DNA from: an uncultured Planctomycetota bacterium
Lineage (GTDB): Bacteria; Planctomycetota; Planctomycetia; Isosphaerales; Isosphaeraceae
Length of the DNA: 64,000 bases
Direction of reading: 5' to 3'
Assembly: GCA_963823665.1 (NCBI GenBank)
Contig: CAWGMQ010000005.1
Location: 1,472,001-1,536,000 of the forward strand
The translations under genes and the position numbers were made by a program. This document shows, piece after piece, positions 20,627 through 33,099 of the stretch (position 1 is its first letter; the number at the start of each line of letters is the position of its first letter). Below the pieces are notes generated by a model. The model was given only the letters and a program-made list of their open reading frames with translations. It ran no database searches and was not told where the DNA came from.

Positions 20627-20817
20627 GGTAGAATTGTACCAAAACGATGGCAAGCGCGCAAGAGGTGATGAGAGGCGAGCACCGCACGACGGCCACATCA
20701 TTCGAATTTGTATTTCTTGCTCTTCCACATACGACATGAAAGCCTATGATCCTCGATTGGGCCGGCGACGGACCGCCGGCGAGTGGCTCGCCGACATGGG
20801 TAGCAGGATCGATCGGC

Positions 20818-21666
20818 ATGGACACGAAGGTCTGCCCGGGGCTTGTGTTTGCCTTGGTTCTCACGGTCGCCCAGTCGGTGCGAGCCGCGGACGAGCCCGC
20901 CGTCGCGAAGGAAGCGGCCGTTCTGCTCGAACAGATCGCTTCGGATCCCGAGATGGGCATCCCGCCGCAGTTTCTTCGGGAAGCCTCGTGCATTCTCATC
21001 ATGCCGCACGTCGTCGAAACTCGGCTCGGCATGGGCGGAAAGCGGGGCCGCGGGATGTTTCTCTCTCGAGATGAGCACGGCGAGTGGGGCGATCCCGAGC
21101 CTGTTGAAATCTCGGGAGTGAGCGCGGGGGTGGAGGTGGGCCGTCAGACCACCGACACGGTGATCATCTTTCGCAACCGCAAGGCGGCTGAGAAATTTGG
21201 CGAAACACCCAGGAATCTGACGCTCGGTGTTTACGGCTTTGTGTCGCTCAGGCGCAAGCACCGATTCCACGGCCCGGCATCGAACTCGGATGAGGAAGTT
21301 CTGGTCTATGAACGGTACCGCGGTCTTCGCGTCGGGGCCGCCATCAACGGCGAGCGCAGATGGGGGCCCTCCTTCGCCCGCACGGATCGGAAGACGGAGC
21401 GAACGGCCGAGCCCGGGTTCGTCGACGGCAAAGCACAAGCGATGGCGGCACGCGACGCCGCGAAGCCCGCGTCCGAGGCCACGCGCGTGAGCGACTCACC
21501 CGACACGGTGCGACTCAAGCGAGTGCTCACCACGTTGACGCGCTCTTCGGCCGCTCGGGTCGCGGCGTCCGAAAAGAAGGATGTGACGGTCACACCCGCG
21601 GGCGGCGCAAAGCCCGTCCCCGCGACGGCCACCCCGCCTCGCACCTGGTCGACGGCCAGGGATTGA
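20818..21666 (+). CDS. Lipid-binding SYLF (Ysc84) domain protein with signal peptide
   Basis: IPPQFLREASCILIMPHV..GMGGKRGRG..WGDP..SAGVEVGRQTTDTVIIF. Confidence 0.8.
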   Translation: MDTKVCPGLVFALVLTVAQSVRAADEPAVAKEAAVLLEQIASDPEMGIPPQFLREASCILIMPHVVETRLGMGGKRGRGMFLSRDEHGEWGDPEPVEISGVSAGVEVGRQTTDTVIIFRNRKAAEKFGETPRNLTLGVYGFVSLRRKHRFHGPASNSDEEVLVYERYRGLRVGAAINGERRWGPSFARTDRKTERTAEPGFVDGKAQAMAARDAAKPASEATRVSDSPDTVRLKRVLTTLTRSSAARVAASEKKDVTVTPAGGAKPVPATATPPRTWSTARD

Positions 21667-21848
21667 GACGGGCTTCGTCACGGCCGTACAATAGAGGCGG
21701 CCGCGCAATCATGGCTATGCAGCGGACCCGCCTGCGGCGGGCCGGTGAGATGACCGACGCGACGTGATTCGCTCAGCAACGATACGCTGGAGGCGCGGCT
21801 GCGCGCCTCCGTTTTTTGGTCGCGAGGCAGCCGGTATACTCCGTTGTT

Positions 21849-22393
21849 ATGCCCGAGATCACCCACCTCATGGACGCGGCAGCGGGCGGCGACCGCCGGG
21901 CGGCGGCCGACCTGCTTCCGCTCGTTTACGACGAGCTGCGCAACTCGCGGCCGCGCGAATGGCCGCGGAGAAGCCCGGGCACACGCTCAGCCCCACGGCG
22001 CTGGTGCACGAGGCCTAAGTGCGGCTAGTCGGCGACCAGCAATTCGACGGCGGAGGGCACTTCTTCGCGGCCGCCGCGGAAGCGATGCGGCGCATTCTGG
22101 TCAATCATGCCCGGGACCGCAAGCGGCTGAAGCGGGCCGGCGGGCGGATGCGGCTCGAGCTGCTCGATCAGATTGGTTCCCTCGCTCTTGATCCCGACCT
22201 CGTGCTGGCGATCGACGAGCTGCTTACCCGACTCGGGCAGGAAGACGCTGCCGCGGCGCGGGTCGCTCAGCTTCACCTTTTCGGGGGGCTCTCCGTCGAG
22301 AAGGCGGGCGAGGCGCTCGGCCTCTCGAGGGCGGTCGCGTACCGGAACTGGAAATACGCGCGGGCGTGGCTCCGCGAGGCATTGGAAAAATAA
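21849..22393 (+). pseudogene. ECF sigma factor (TIGR02999 type) with a frameshift (~21943) and an in-frame TAA (22016-22018)
   Basis: MPEITHLMDAAAGGDRRAAADLLPLVYDELR / LAAARMAAEKPGHTLSPTALVHEA*VRLVG..HFFAAAAEAMRRIL..YARAWL. Confidence 0.85.
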
Positions 22394-22485
22394 TTTCGAT
22401 TGCGCGAGACACTTTTCGCCTGGACGGGGCATTGAGAGTAGGCCTCGTCGTTGGGGGAGATCACGCCTGGTCCTGGAGGTGAGCC

Positions 22486-24868
22486 ATGGCCGCCCTGGCC
22501 GCACGAGCGAAATCCCTGTTCCTGACCGCGTCGGACCTTTCTGATCCAGTGGAGCGTGCCGCCTTCCTGGACCGCGAGTGCGGCGGGGACACCGAACTCC
22601 GTGGCCGGGTCGAGGAGCTCTTACGGGCCAATGATGCCGCGCCATTACCACCTCCCCGCACAGAAGGTGCGACAGTGGACCCCGACCCAGGGCAACCGAC
22701 GGCGGGAGCCATGAATTTATTGACGCCGAAACACGATCTCCATTCCTCGCCAGGCTCGATCACCGCCGATCATGATGAAACCACCGCCCTGCCGAGCGTG
22801 CTCATTGCCGGTCGATACACGCTCCAACAAAAGATTGGCGAAGGGGGTATGGGCGAGGTCTGGGTTGCCAAGCAATCCGAGCCGGTCAAGCGCAAGGTCG
22901 CCTTGAAGCTGATCAAGACCGGCATGGATTCGCGCGGTTCTGCAACGCTTCGAGCAGGAGCGTCAGGCACTGGCGCTGATGGATCATCCCAACATCGCCA
23001 AGGTCTTGGACGCCGGCCTGACGCCCACCGGGCAGCCGTTCTTCGTGATGGAGCTGGTCAACGGCCTGCCGCTCAACAAGTTCTGCGACGAGATGAAGCT
23101 TACGCCGCGCGAGCGGCTGGAACACTTCGTGCCGATTTGCCAGGCCGTACAGCATGCGCATCAGAAGGGGATTGTGCACCGTGATTTGAAGCCGGCCAAC
23201 ATCCTGGTGACAATCGTCGACGGCAAGCCGGTGCCGAAGGTCATCGACTTCGGCGTCGCCAAGGCGACGTCGGGCAAGCTCACCGATGAGTCGATGTCGA
23301 CACAGTTCGGCTCGGTAGTCGGCACGCTCGAATACATGTCCCCGGAGCAAGCCGGTTTCTCGGGGGAGGACATCGACACCCGGGCGGATATCTACTCCCT
23401 GGGCGTCATCCTTTACGAGCTGCTGACGGGCCTAGGTCCGATTGACGCCAAACGGCTGAGGACCGCCGCGCTCACCGAGATGATTCGCATCATCCGCGAA
23501 GAGGAGCCCTCGAAGCCGAGCACACGGCTTTCGACCGATGAGTTGCTCCCATCGCTGGCGGCCCTGCGGCAAACCGAACCTCGCAAGCTGATGAGGCTGT
23601 TGCGCGGTGAACTGGACTGGGTGGTGATGCGCTGCCTGGAGAAGCATCGCGAGCGCCGCTACGAGACGGCCAGCGGCCTGGCCCGCGACATCCAGCGCTA
23701 CCTGGCCGATGAAGCGGTGGAAGCCCCTCCGCCGTCGGCGCGATATCGCTTCGGCAAGTTCGTGCGCCGGCACAAGGGGCAGGTCATCGCCGCGAGCCTG
23801 GTTCTCGTGGCAGTTCTGGGAGGGCTCGGCGCCGTGGCGGCCGTGCAGACGGCGGCCAACGCCCAGCTCTCTAGAGCGCTGGCCCGCGAGACGAAAGCGA
23901 ACGAGGACGTAGGCGCTGCCAACGCCGAGCTGAAGCACTCGAGGGCCGCCGTGCAGGCGCGGTACGAGCTGGCGGTGAAGGCGATCAAGATCTTTCACAC
24001 CGGCGTCAGCGACGACTTCCTGCTCAAGCAGGAGCAATTCAAGGATGTGCGCGACCGGCTCTTGAAGTCAGCCAGCGATTTCTACGGCAAGCTTGGCGCT
24101 TTGCTGGGCAAGCCATCGGAGGCGGACGCCGAGTACCGCAAGGCGCTAACGATTGATCAGAGGCTGGCCGACGAAAATCCGGCAGTGCCAGAATTCCGTA
24201 GCGACATTGCGACCAGCCACGTTGGCCTCGGCCTGTTGCTGTGGAAAGCGAGCAAGTCAACGGAAGCCCTGATCGAGTACCGCAAGGCGCTGGCGATCCA
24301 GCAGGAACTGGCCGATGCGAACCCGAAGGTCACAAGCTATCGCGACAACGCGGCGAATACAGCCAACAACCTCTCGGTCGTGTTCCGCCGCCTCGGCCGC
24401 GCGGCCGAGGCTCGCGATCTCTGCGAGCGAGCCGTCGCGGTCCGCGAAGCGCTCATCAAGGAACATCCCATAACGACCGGCTACCGCACCGGCCTCGCCG
24501 AGAACTACCTCAACCGCGGCCTGGCCCGGCGAACCTTGGGCGACCACGCCGGCGCGGGGGCCGATATCCGGCGGACGGTGGTGTTGTATGATGCCGTGGC
24601 GCCGCGTCAAATTAGCCAATTGTTCCTGTCCGCGTGCACCCACGCCGCGCTCGCTGGGCTTGCCGGTCAGGCCGGGGCGGGGTTGTCGGCCGCCGAGGCG
24701 ATGCGCGAAGCCGACGCGGCGATGGCCCTGCTGAAAAAGGCCGTCAGCACGGGCTTCCGCAGTGCTGACAACTTCCGCACGCAGGACGCCCTTGACCCGC
24801 TTCGCGGGCGGGAGGACTTCAAGAAGATGGTCGAGGAGCTCGAAAAGCCGTCGCCGCCCGCTAATTGA
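22486..24868 (+). CDS. Ser/Thr protein kinase with TPRs, frameshifted near 22935
   Basis: IGEGGMGEV, VALKLIK in the first frame; RFEQERQALALMDHPNIA, HRDLKPAN, DFGVAK in the second; C-terminal DALDPLRGREDFKK. Confidence 0.88.
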
Positions 24869-24883
24869 CAAGCCAATCGGGCA

Positions 24884-26176
<1,293 letters not shown>

Positions 26177-26398
26177 TCCAGATCAACGCCAAAGAACCGC
26201 AAAGGAGAGGCAAATTGCCGCAGACGTCATTATGGCTGGCGACTAGGATTTCGGCGACCGTGTCGGCATCTCGACGTCTCCGATGTTTGCAGTTCCTACG
26301 GCATACTGGTCCGGGGCGACATCGTACTTTCCGCGCAAATCGAATTAAATGATTGGTGCGATCGGGGCCTTACCGAGTCAGTTTTGGGAGAAGGATCC

Positions 26399-26939
26399 AT
26401 GAGTCGTGCTCTGCTTGTCATCGACGTCCAGAATGAGTACTTCACCGGGGCGCTGCCAATCACGCATCCGGCCGGACATCTGGAGCAGATCTTGAATGTG
26501 ATGGATCGCGCAGGGCCGGGTTCCAACCGTGCTGATTCAGCACACGCTCGAAGGGCCCGACGCGCCGTTTTTTCGCAAAGGCACAAAAGCCTGGGAGCTT
26601 CACCCTGAGGTTGCCAAGCGCCCGCACGACCTGGCGATTGAGAAGACACTTCCCGGAAGCTTCACCAGCACCGGTCTTGAAGACTGGTTGCGAGAGCGCG
26701 GAATCTCGACCGTCACGATCACTGGCTACATGACGCACATGTGTTGCGATACGACCGCGCGCCAAGCCTTCCATCGGGGCTTCGCCGTCGAGTTCTTGAG
26801 CGACGCCACGGGCACCCTGCCCCTTTCAAATTCCGCGGGGCAAGTCACCGCGGAAGAGCTGCACCGATCAATTCTGTGTGCCCAGCAGATGTTCTTAAGC
26901 GAAGTACTGCCGTCGTCGACCTGGATCGGCCGACTCTGA
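26399..26939 (+). CDS. Isochorismatase/cysteine hydrolase family protein, frameshifted near 26515
   Basis: [15 protein letters not shown] in one frame; [32 protein letters not shown] in another. Confidence 0.85.
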
Positions 26940-27175
26940 GCGAAAAGGTCGGTGGCGAATACCGCGGTCGCCCAGCTCTTGAAGGAAACCGTGCGCCGAC
27001 ACCTGTCAGACACCGCATTCGGTGCCCTTTACCAAGAATTCGCTTGAAATTCACTCGTGTGCTCACAACGATCTACTGTCTGCCCCGCGTCGATCGACCG
27101 CGAACGCGCGATCAGGCAGCGCAGCGACGTGATGCTCTCCCCATCGACCACGTGAGTCTACTGAGGACATCTCTT

Positions 27176-27649
27176 ATGGGTTGGATCTTCCGCGCAAACT
27201 GTCCCGACTGCCGTCATGAATGGGAAGGCGCTTGCACCAGCTACCGCGTCGGCCGGTGGACCGAGCAGGCGGAATCTGCAATCGACGACGGCTTTCGATC
27301 GTGGTTCTGCCCGAGGTGCTATTTTGTCCTGCACATCCCCCGGGCCATCGAGCGGAATGTCTGGCAGAAGTGGCGCAAGACCTTCCTGGGCGCCCCGGAT
27401 GCGCAATCGAAGTTCCTGAGCAATGTCGTGGCGAAGGTGGATAGTTCGCTTGCAAATGGAAGATTCTACGCGCCGCTGCCGGTCGATCTGCAACCGGTTG
27501 ACTGCCCCGAGTGCCACCAGCCGTTCCAGGAGCGCACGCCCGGCAGCGCCGACCGGGTGGTCTGCCCCCAATGTCAGGGAGCAAAAGCTGTTCTCGCCGA
27601 CTTCGACTCACACTGCCAGATGCCCTGCGACGAACACGGGTTCTCCTGA
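27176..27649 (+). CDS. Small Cys-rich putative zinc-ribbon protein
   Basis: Four CxxC pairs (CPDC, CPRC, CPEC, CPQC); GAGG upstream of the ATG. Confidence 0.6.
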   Translation: MGWIFRANCPDCRHEWEGACTSYRVGRWTEQAESAIDDGFRSWFCPRCYFVLHIPRAIERNVWQKWRKTFLGAPDAQSKFLSNVVAKVDSSLANGRFYAPLPVDLQPVDCPECHQPFQERTPGSADRVVCPQCQGAKAVLADFDSHCQMPCDEHGFS

Positions 27650-27858
27650 CGGGGATTGATCCAGCGAGGTCTTTGTCAAATGCGGCCGTTGTAACTTCGC
27701 CTTGCCGCGGACGATGATGAGCTGATCATGCTCGACGTCACCGGGGGGCTCGATCGTGGTATCAACTCACTTGCTGAAGCAGGCCAAGCAGCGATACGAG
27801 GCGGAGAACCGCCAGAGATGTCGTTCAGCAGAGTCGCACACAATCAGCGTAATTCCAA

Positions 27859-27931
27859 TGGGCGGCACAGGATTCGAACCTGTGACTTCCACCGTGTGAG
27901 GATGGCACTCTAGCCGCTGAGTTAGCCGCCC
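27859..27931 (-). tRNA. tRNA-Val (anticodon CAC), CCA not encoded
   Basis: Minus strand GGGCGGCTAACTCAGCGGCTAGAGTGCCATCCTCACACGGTGGAAGTCACAGGTTCGAATCCTGTGCCGCCCA: acceptor stem GGGCGGC/GCCGCCC, T-loop GTTCGAATC, anticodon loop CT-CAC-AC. Confidence 0.95.
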
Positions 27932-28093
27932 GATTGAGTGGGGCTCTTGACAGAAGCCGCACTCGGCTCGTTACTTCAAAAATAGCGACTCCTGCGGTCA
28001 ACCACAAGAGTCTCAACGATGGTCGAGACTGGGGCGCCCTAGCCAGGTCGATTGGAGGAGGGGATTGGATGTCGGCGCGCGCTCGGTAGAATG

Positions 28094-28123
28094 GTAGGTT
28101 GCGCTTCGCTTCACCCACCCTAC
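28094..28123. repeat. GTAG-type REP-like palindrome
   Basis: GTAGGTTGCGCTTCGCTTCACCCACCCTAC; related to the pair at 36250-36312. Confidence 0.55.
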
Positions 28124-28251
28124 AGGAACGCCAGGCGAACGAAGAAAACCTAACGCCTACTGGACTATTGAAGTGCGGCGTGGCGACGTTACCATGATGG
28201 CTTGGATGTCTGTACTGTTCGACAGGCTGGCCACACCAGTGAGAACCGCCG

Positions 28252-29565
28252 ATGGCCCAAGCTTTTCCCGAAGTGCCCAAGATCCAGTACGGCGGTCCCA
28301 AATCGAAGAATCCACTCGATTTTAAATATTACAATCCGGACGAAGTCATCGACGGAAAGTCACTCAAGGACCATATGCGGTTCTCCGTCGTTTACTGGCA
28401 CACGTTTTGTAATGTGCTGTCGGATCCATTTGGGGTCGGAACCGCACTGCGGCCCTGGGACGACGGCACGGGCACCGTCGCCAATGCCCAGCGCCGGGCC
28501 AAGGCCGCCTTCGAACTCTTTGAAAAACTGGGCGTTCCCTATTACGCCTTTCACGATCGCGATGTTGCGCCCGAGGGCAAAAACCTCAAGGAAAGCCACG
28601 CGCATCTCGATGAGGTTACCAAGGTCCTGAAGGACGAACAGGCGCGCACTGGCGTCAAGCTCCTCTGGGGCACGGCCAACCTCTTCACCAATCCGCGATA
28701 CATGCACGGGGCTGCAACCAGCCCTAATTTCGACGTGTTTGCTTTCGCCGGCGCCCAGGTCAAGAAGGCGATGGAAGTCACCCATGAGCTGGGCGGCGCG
28801 GGGTATACGTTCTGGGGAGGGCGCGAAGGATACTCGACACTCCTCAACACCGACATGAAACGCGAGCTCGATCACCTAGCTCGGTTTCTCCATATGGCCG
28901 TCGACTACAAGAAACAGATCGGGTTCTCCGGCACCTTCTACATCGAACCCAAACCCAAAGAACCTACCAAACACCAGTATGATTCCGACGCGGCCGCGTG
29001 CTTGAACTTCCTCCGAACTTATGACCTCCTGCCCCACTTCAAACTCAATCTCGAAACCAATCACGCCACGCTCGCCGGGCACGAGATGATGCACGAGCTG
29101 CAAGTGGCCATCGACGCCGGTGCGCTCGGCTCCATCGACGCAAACACCGGCGATTACCTGCTCGGGTGGGACACCGACCAGTTCCCCACCAATATTTACC
29201 TCACCACACAGTGCATGCTCTGCATCCTTCGCATGGGCGGTTTCACCACGGGCGGCGTGAATTTTGATGCGAAAGTGCGCCGCGAGAGCTTCGAGCCGAT
29301 CGACCTCTTTTACGCTCACATCGGGGGAATGGACGCGTTCGCACGCGGACTGAAGATTGCGCGCGCCATCATGGCCGATGGCCGGCTGGCGGGGTTCGTG
29401 AAGGAACGCTACCGAAGCTGGGATTGCGAGCTCGGCCGGCGCGTCGAGGCCGGTAAGGCCAAGTTCGAAGATCTCGAGGCGTACATCCTTCCCAAGGGAG
29501 ATGCCGCCAAGAACTCGAGCGGGCGGCAGGAGATGCTTGAGAATCTGATTAACGAATTTATATAA
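28252..29565 (+). CDS. xylA: Xylose isomerase (class II)
   Basis: [66 protein letters not shown]. Confidence 0.97.
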   Translation: MAQAFPEVPKIQYGGPKSKNPLDFKYYNPDEVIDGKSLKDHMRFSVVYWHTFCNVLSDPFGVGTALRPWDDGTGTVANAQRRAKAAFELFEKLGVPYYAFHDRDVAPEGKNLKESHAHLDEVTKVLKDEQARTGVKLLWGTANLFTNPRYMHGAATSPNFDVFAFAGAQVKKAMEVTHELGGAGYTFWGGREGYSTLLNTDMKRELDHLARFLHMAVDYKKQIGFSGTFYIEPKPKEPTKHQYDSDAAACLNFLRTYDLLPHFKLNLETNHATLAGHEMMHELQVAIDAGALGSIDANTGDYLLGWDTDQFPTNIYLTTQCMLCILRMGGFTTGGVNFDAKVRRESFEPIDLFYAHIGGMDAFARGLKIARAIMADGRLAGFVKERYRSWDCELGRRVEAGKAKFEDLEAYILPKGDAAKNSSGRQEMLENLINEFI

Positions 29566-29621
29566 ATTCGTTAATGAAACGGCGGAAATTCCGGAGGCAT
29601 GGCGGGCCTCGGGGCTCACGC

Positions 29622-31186
29622 CTTTGTCCTTACCATCATTTTCTGGTGGTCATAGGTGCGCTTCCCCGGCCTTTTCCCGGCTTTTCTCGCTTCGCACCTG
29701 GTAATATCAAGCCAAGCCACACGCTGAGGTGGGGGGGAGGGATCGCGTTTCAACCGCCGGAGCCTCGGATGGACACCTTTCTTTCAGATGCGCAGACTTG
29801 GGCCATGACCCAATTCGCCACCACTGATCTTCATGACGAACGCCGTACCAAACGACTCGTTCTGTTGGCAACGCAGATCGCCGCAGATCCGTCCGGGAGT
29901 TTTCCTCAGCAAACCGAATCCTGGAATGATCTGAGGGCCGCATACAATTTCTTCGATTGTGAGGACGTCACCTTTCAAGCGATCGCCAGTCACCATTGGG
30001 AGCTTACCAAGAAGACAGCAGGTGAGCGTCAATTGATCATCGCAGACACGACCGAAATCGATTACGGGCCGTGCCGACAGGTCACAGGTCTTTCGCCGGT
30101 TGGTTCGGGTATCGGACAAGGCTTTCACCTTCACTCGGGTTTGATGGTTTCCCCCGAAGACGACCGGGTTCACGGCTTGGCCGGACAACTGATCTATCAT
30201 CGTCAGCGCGTTCGTAAGGGGGAGACGCGGACCGAACGGTTGCAGCGTGACGATCGCGAATCACAGATCTGGGGTGATCTTGTCATCCAAATGGGATCCC
30301 CGCCGTCGGGAACCTCCTGGATTCACGTAGTTGATCGTGGCGCCGACGACTTTGAGTTTTTCTATCACTGCCAGCAGACAGAAACCGAATGGGTGGCGCG
30401 AGCCAAGAGCCTGATCCGGATCATTATCACGCCGGAGAGCGGGGAAACGCCGCTGAAAGCCTACTTAGGGACCCTGCCGCGGGCTGGATGTTACACGCTC
30501 AATCTGCGGGCTCGCCCCAAAGCACCGGCTCGGACGGCCAAGCTGGTGGTCGCCATCGGGGCCTTACGGATGCCGACGCCGAAACTCAAAAGCCCATTTC
30601 TGAAGCAGGTCAAGCCCGCGGCGATCCCCATGTGGGTCGTCTGGGTGCGCGAGGTAGATGCTCCCGACGGAGTGGAGGCGATCGAGTGGGTGCTTTACAC
30701 TTCTTTGCTGGTGGAGGATTTTGAAGATGCTATGGCGATCGTGGGGTACTACGGGAAGAGGTGGCTAATCGAGGAGTGGCACAAGGTCCTGAAAACAGGC
30801 TTTCAGGTAGAACGTCGCCAGCTCAAGACGTGCGATCGTCTCGAAGCCATGATGGGATTGATGTCTGTGGAAGCACTGCGGTTGTTCCAGTTGAAGGGAA
30901 TGGCGCGGACAGCTCCCGAGCAGCCTGCGACCGAGGTGGTACCGCCCAAATACGTGATGATGCTGAAGGTGGTGCGCAGATTGACGCCCACGACAATATT
31001 AACTGCGGGAGGATTTTTTCGGGAGTTGGCCAAGCTGGGAGGGTTCCTGGGCCGCCGCCACGATGGGGAGCCAGGTTGGATGACGATCTGGCGGGGTTGG
31101 GACAAGCTGCAGATCATGATCCGGGGCGCCGAGGCTATCATCGACGTATCTTCATCGGTATGATGAAGATGATGGTAAGGACAAAG
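29622..31186 (+). mobile_element. IS4-family (IS50/Tn5-like) insertion sequence with terminal inverted repeats and target duplication
   Basis: IRL CTTTGTCCTTACCATCAT (29622-29639), IRR ATGATGGTAAGGACAAAG (31169-31186); direct repeat GCTCACGC at 29614-29621 and 31187-31194 (6-10 bp depending on end assignment). Confidence 0.92.
29769..31163 (+). CDS. IS4 family DDE transposase
   Basis: DLHDERRTKRL, ADTTEIDY, VVDRGAD, YGKRWLIEEWHKVLKTG (YREK motif), LAKLGGFLGRRHDGEPGWMTIWRG. Confidence 0.95.
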   Translation: MDTFLSDAQTWAMTQFATTDLHDERRTKRLVLLATQIAADPSGSFPQQTESWNDLRAAYNFFDCEDVTFQAIASHHWELTKKTAGERQLIIADTTEIDYGPCRQVTGLSPVGSGIGQGFHLHSGLMVSPEDDRVHGLAGQLIYHRQRVRKGETRTERLQRDDRESQIWGDLVIQMGSPPSGTSWIHVVDRGADDFEFFYHCQQTETEWVARAKSLIRIIITPESGETPLKAYLGTLPRAGCYTLNLRARPKAPARTAKLVVAIGALRMPTPKLKSPFLKQVKPAAIPMWVVWVREVDAPDGVEAIEWVLYTSLLVEDFEDAMAIVGYYGKRWLIEEWHKVLKTGFQVERRQLKTCDRLEAMMGLMSVEALRLFQLKGMARTAPEQPATEVVPPKYVMMLKVVRRLTPTTILTAGGFFRELAKLGGFLGRRHDGEPGWMTIWRGWDKLQIMIRGAEAIIDVSSSV

Positions 31187-31246
31187 GCTCACGCCCCGAG
31201 CTATATGATGTCGCCCCCTTCGGGGGCTCAAGCTACTACTGGCCGC

Positions 31247-31771
31247 TCAACCTTCCAGTGCGGCGAAGATGCCCTGCATGAAGGCGGGGAGATCGTCGGG
31301 GGTTCGGCTAGTGACGATGTTGCCGTCGCGGACGCAGGCGGCGTCTTGCCAGATTCCGCCGGCGTTTTCGACGTCGTCGCGAATGGCGAAGAAGCCGGTG
31401 GTCTTCTTGCCTTTCAGGCATTTGGCGGAGCAGAGCATCCAGGGGCCGTGGCAGATCGCGGCCAGAACCTTGCCCAGCTTTGCGGCCTGGGTGACCAGGT
31501 CAACCATCGCAGGGTGCCGGCGCATGTGGTCGGGTGAATAGCCGCCGGGGATGATGACGGCGTCGAAGTCGGACGCCTTGACCTCGCTGGCGGCGATATC
31601 CGCCTTGGCCGGATAGCCGTGCTTGGACGCGTAGGTCTCGCCGGTTTTCGGGCCGACGATCTGAACCTGGCAGCCGGCTTCCCGAAGGCGGAGCACGGGG
31701 TACCAGAGCTCGAGGTCTTCGTAGAACTTCTCGACCAGCACCGCCACGCGTTTTCCTTTCACGTCACTCAT
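31247..31771 (-). CDS. PfpI/DJ-1 family (type 1 glutamine amidotransferase-like) protein
   Basis: YEDLELWYP, IIPGGYSPD, AAICHGPW, VTSRTPDDLPAF. Confidence 0.92.
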   Translation of the reverse strand: MSDVKGKRVAVLVEKFYEDLELWYPVLRLREAGCQVQIVGPKTGETYASKHGYPAKADIAASEVKASDFDAVIIPGGYSPDHMRRHPAMVDLVTQAAKLGKVLAAICHGPWMLCSAKCLKGKKTTGFFAIRDDVENAGGIWQDAACVRDGNIVTSRTPDDLPAFMQGIFAALEG

Positions 31772-31814
31772 CGTTTGACTCCTGTTTCGCGGAGAACTCA
31801 CTTGTGGATTCGGT

Positions 31815-32870
31815 TCAACTGGATTCGGACGTCGCCACCGCCGCCGCCTCGGGCTCTGGCTCGGGCGAGCCGGTGGGACGGTGCTCGGCCATGGCGCGAT
31901 CAATCGCTTCTTCAAACGTAAACGGCGGCTGATAGCCGAGCACACGCCGTGCCTTTTCGATCGAGTAGTCGAGATGGAGGCCGACGAATTTAAAGCGAGC
32001 CTTGTTGATGAAGGGCGGATTCTTGGCGCCGCGAAGCTTGGCAATACCCTCGACCGTGCTGGCAAGGATGCGCGCCAGCGGCCGAGGAATGCGGCGGGTG
32101 GGGTGCTTCAAGCCGGCGAGCTCGGCGACCCGGGAGACGAACTGCCTCTTGGTCACGAGCTGACCGTCCGTGAGGTTGAACACTTCACCCACGGCCGCCG
32201 GACTCTCGGCGGCGAGGAAGATGCCTTCGACAAGATTTTTGACATAGATACAGTTGAGCGCTTGTTCTCCGGAGCCGAAGTAGGTGAAGAGACCGCGCTT
32301 CAGGCTATTGATCAATTTGGGAAGGACGGTGCGGTCGCGCTCGCCGTAGATGAAACCGGGCCGCACGACGGCGGCGGGTAATCCGTGCTCGCGGTGATAT
32401 TTCAAGACGAGGGCTTCGGCTTCGGTCTTGGAGCGGGTGTAGGCATCGAGCGAGCTGGCGGCGGGGGGGACGGTCTCGTCGGTTCCGTGGTGATCGCGGC
32501 CTTCGTAGACACCGAGAGAGCTGACATGAACGAGGCGTTCAACTCGAGCTCCGGAGGCGACTTCGAGCAGCAGGCGAAGCGCGTCAACGTTCAATCGCCG
32601 GAATTCGGCGAGGGTACCCCAGTCACCGACCTTGGCGGCGCAATTGAACACCCAGTCGGCGCCTGATGCGCCGGCTCTCAATGCCTGGGCGTCTTCGAGG
32701 TCGCCAACCACGGTCTGCACGCCCCACTGATCGAGCCAGCGGGTGTCACTCGAGGGTCGGACCAGCGCTCGGACTCGGTGGCCGCGCTTCAGGGCTTCTT
32801 CGGCGGCGTGGCTGCCGACCAGTCCGGTGGCACCCGTGATGAAGATCGTTTTCACAGACTTCGTGTCCAT
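31815..32870 (-). CDS. NAD-dependent epimerase/dehydratase (extended SDR)
   Basis: FITGATGLVG, HVSSLGVY, YTRSK, VRPGFIYG. Confidence 0.92.
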   Translation of the reverse strand: MDTKSVKTIFITGATGLVGSHAAEEALKRGHRVRALVRPSSDTRWLDQWGVQTVVGDLEDAQALRAGASGADWVFNCAAKVGDWGTLAEFRRLNVDALRLLLEVASGARVERLVHVSSLGVYEGRDHHGTDETVPPAASSLDAYTRSKTEAEALVLKYHREHGLPAAVVRPGFIYGERDRTVLPKLINSLKRGLFTYFGSGEQALNCIYVKNLVEGIFLAAESPAAVGEVFNLTDGQLVTKRQFVSRVAELAGLKHPTRRIPRPLARILASTVEGIAKLRGAKNPPFINKARFKFVGLHLDYSIEKARRVLGYQPPFTFEEAIDRAMAEHRPTGSPEPEPEAAAVATSESS

Positions 32871-33099
32871 GTTCTTGCACACCCTTGCGAAAGGCGGAGT
32901 ATCCGTTTGAGGAGACCATGGTACCGCATCTCCGTAAAAGCGAGATAGGGGTGGTTTTCCAATCGGTGGTCGGTGTAGGCTTTACTGTTCGGAGGTGTTC
33001 GGATTGACCGGAACCGAGACAGGGTCTAGGATTCGCAATTCCATCCCTCCCTGGTCACGAAAAAAGAAGAAAGCGCGGTGCAAAAGAAGGGCGGGATTC

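Noticed and set aside
27700..27931. tRNA-Val as attachment site of an integrated element
   Set aside because: I found no duplicate of the tRNA 3' end and no integrase in the window; the flanking genes look chromosomal.
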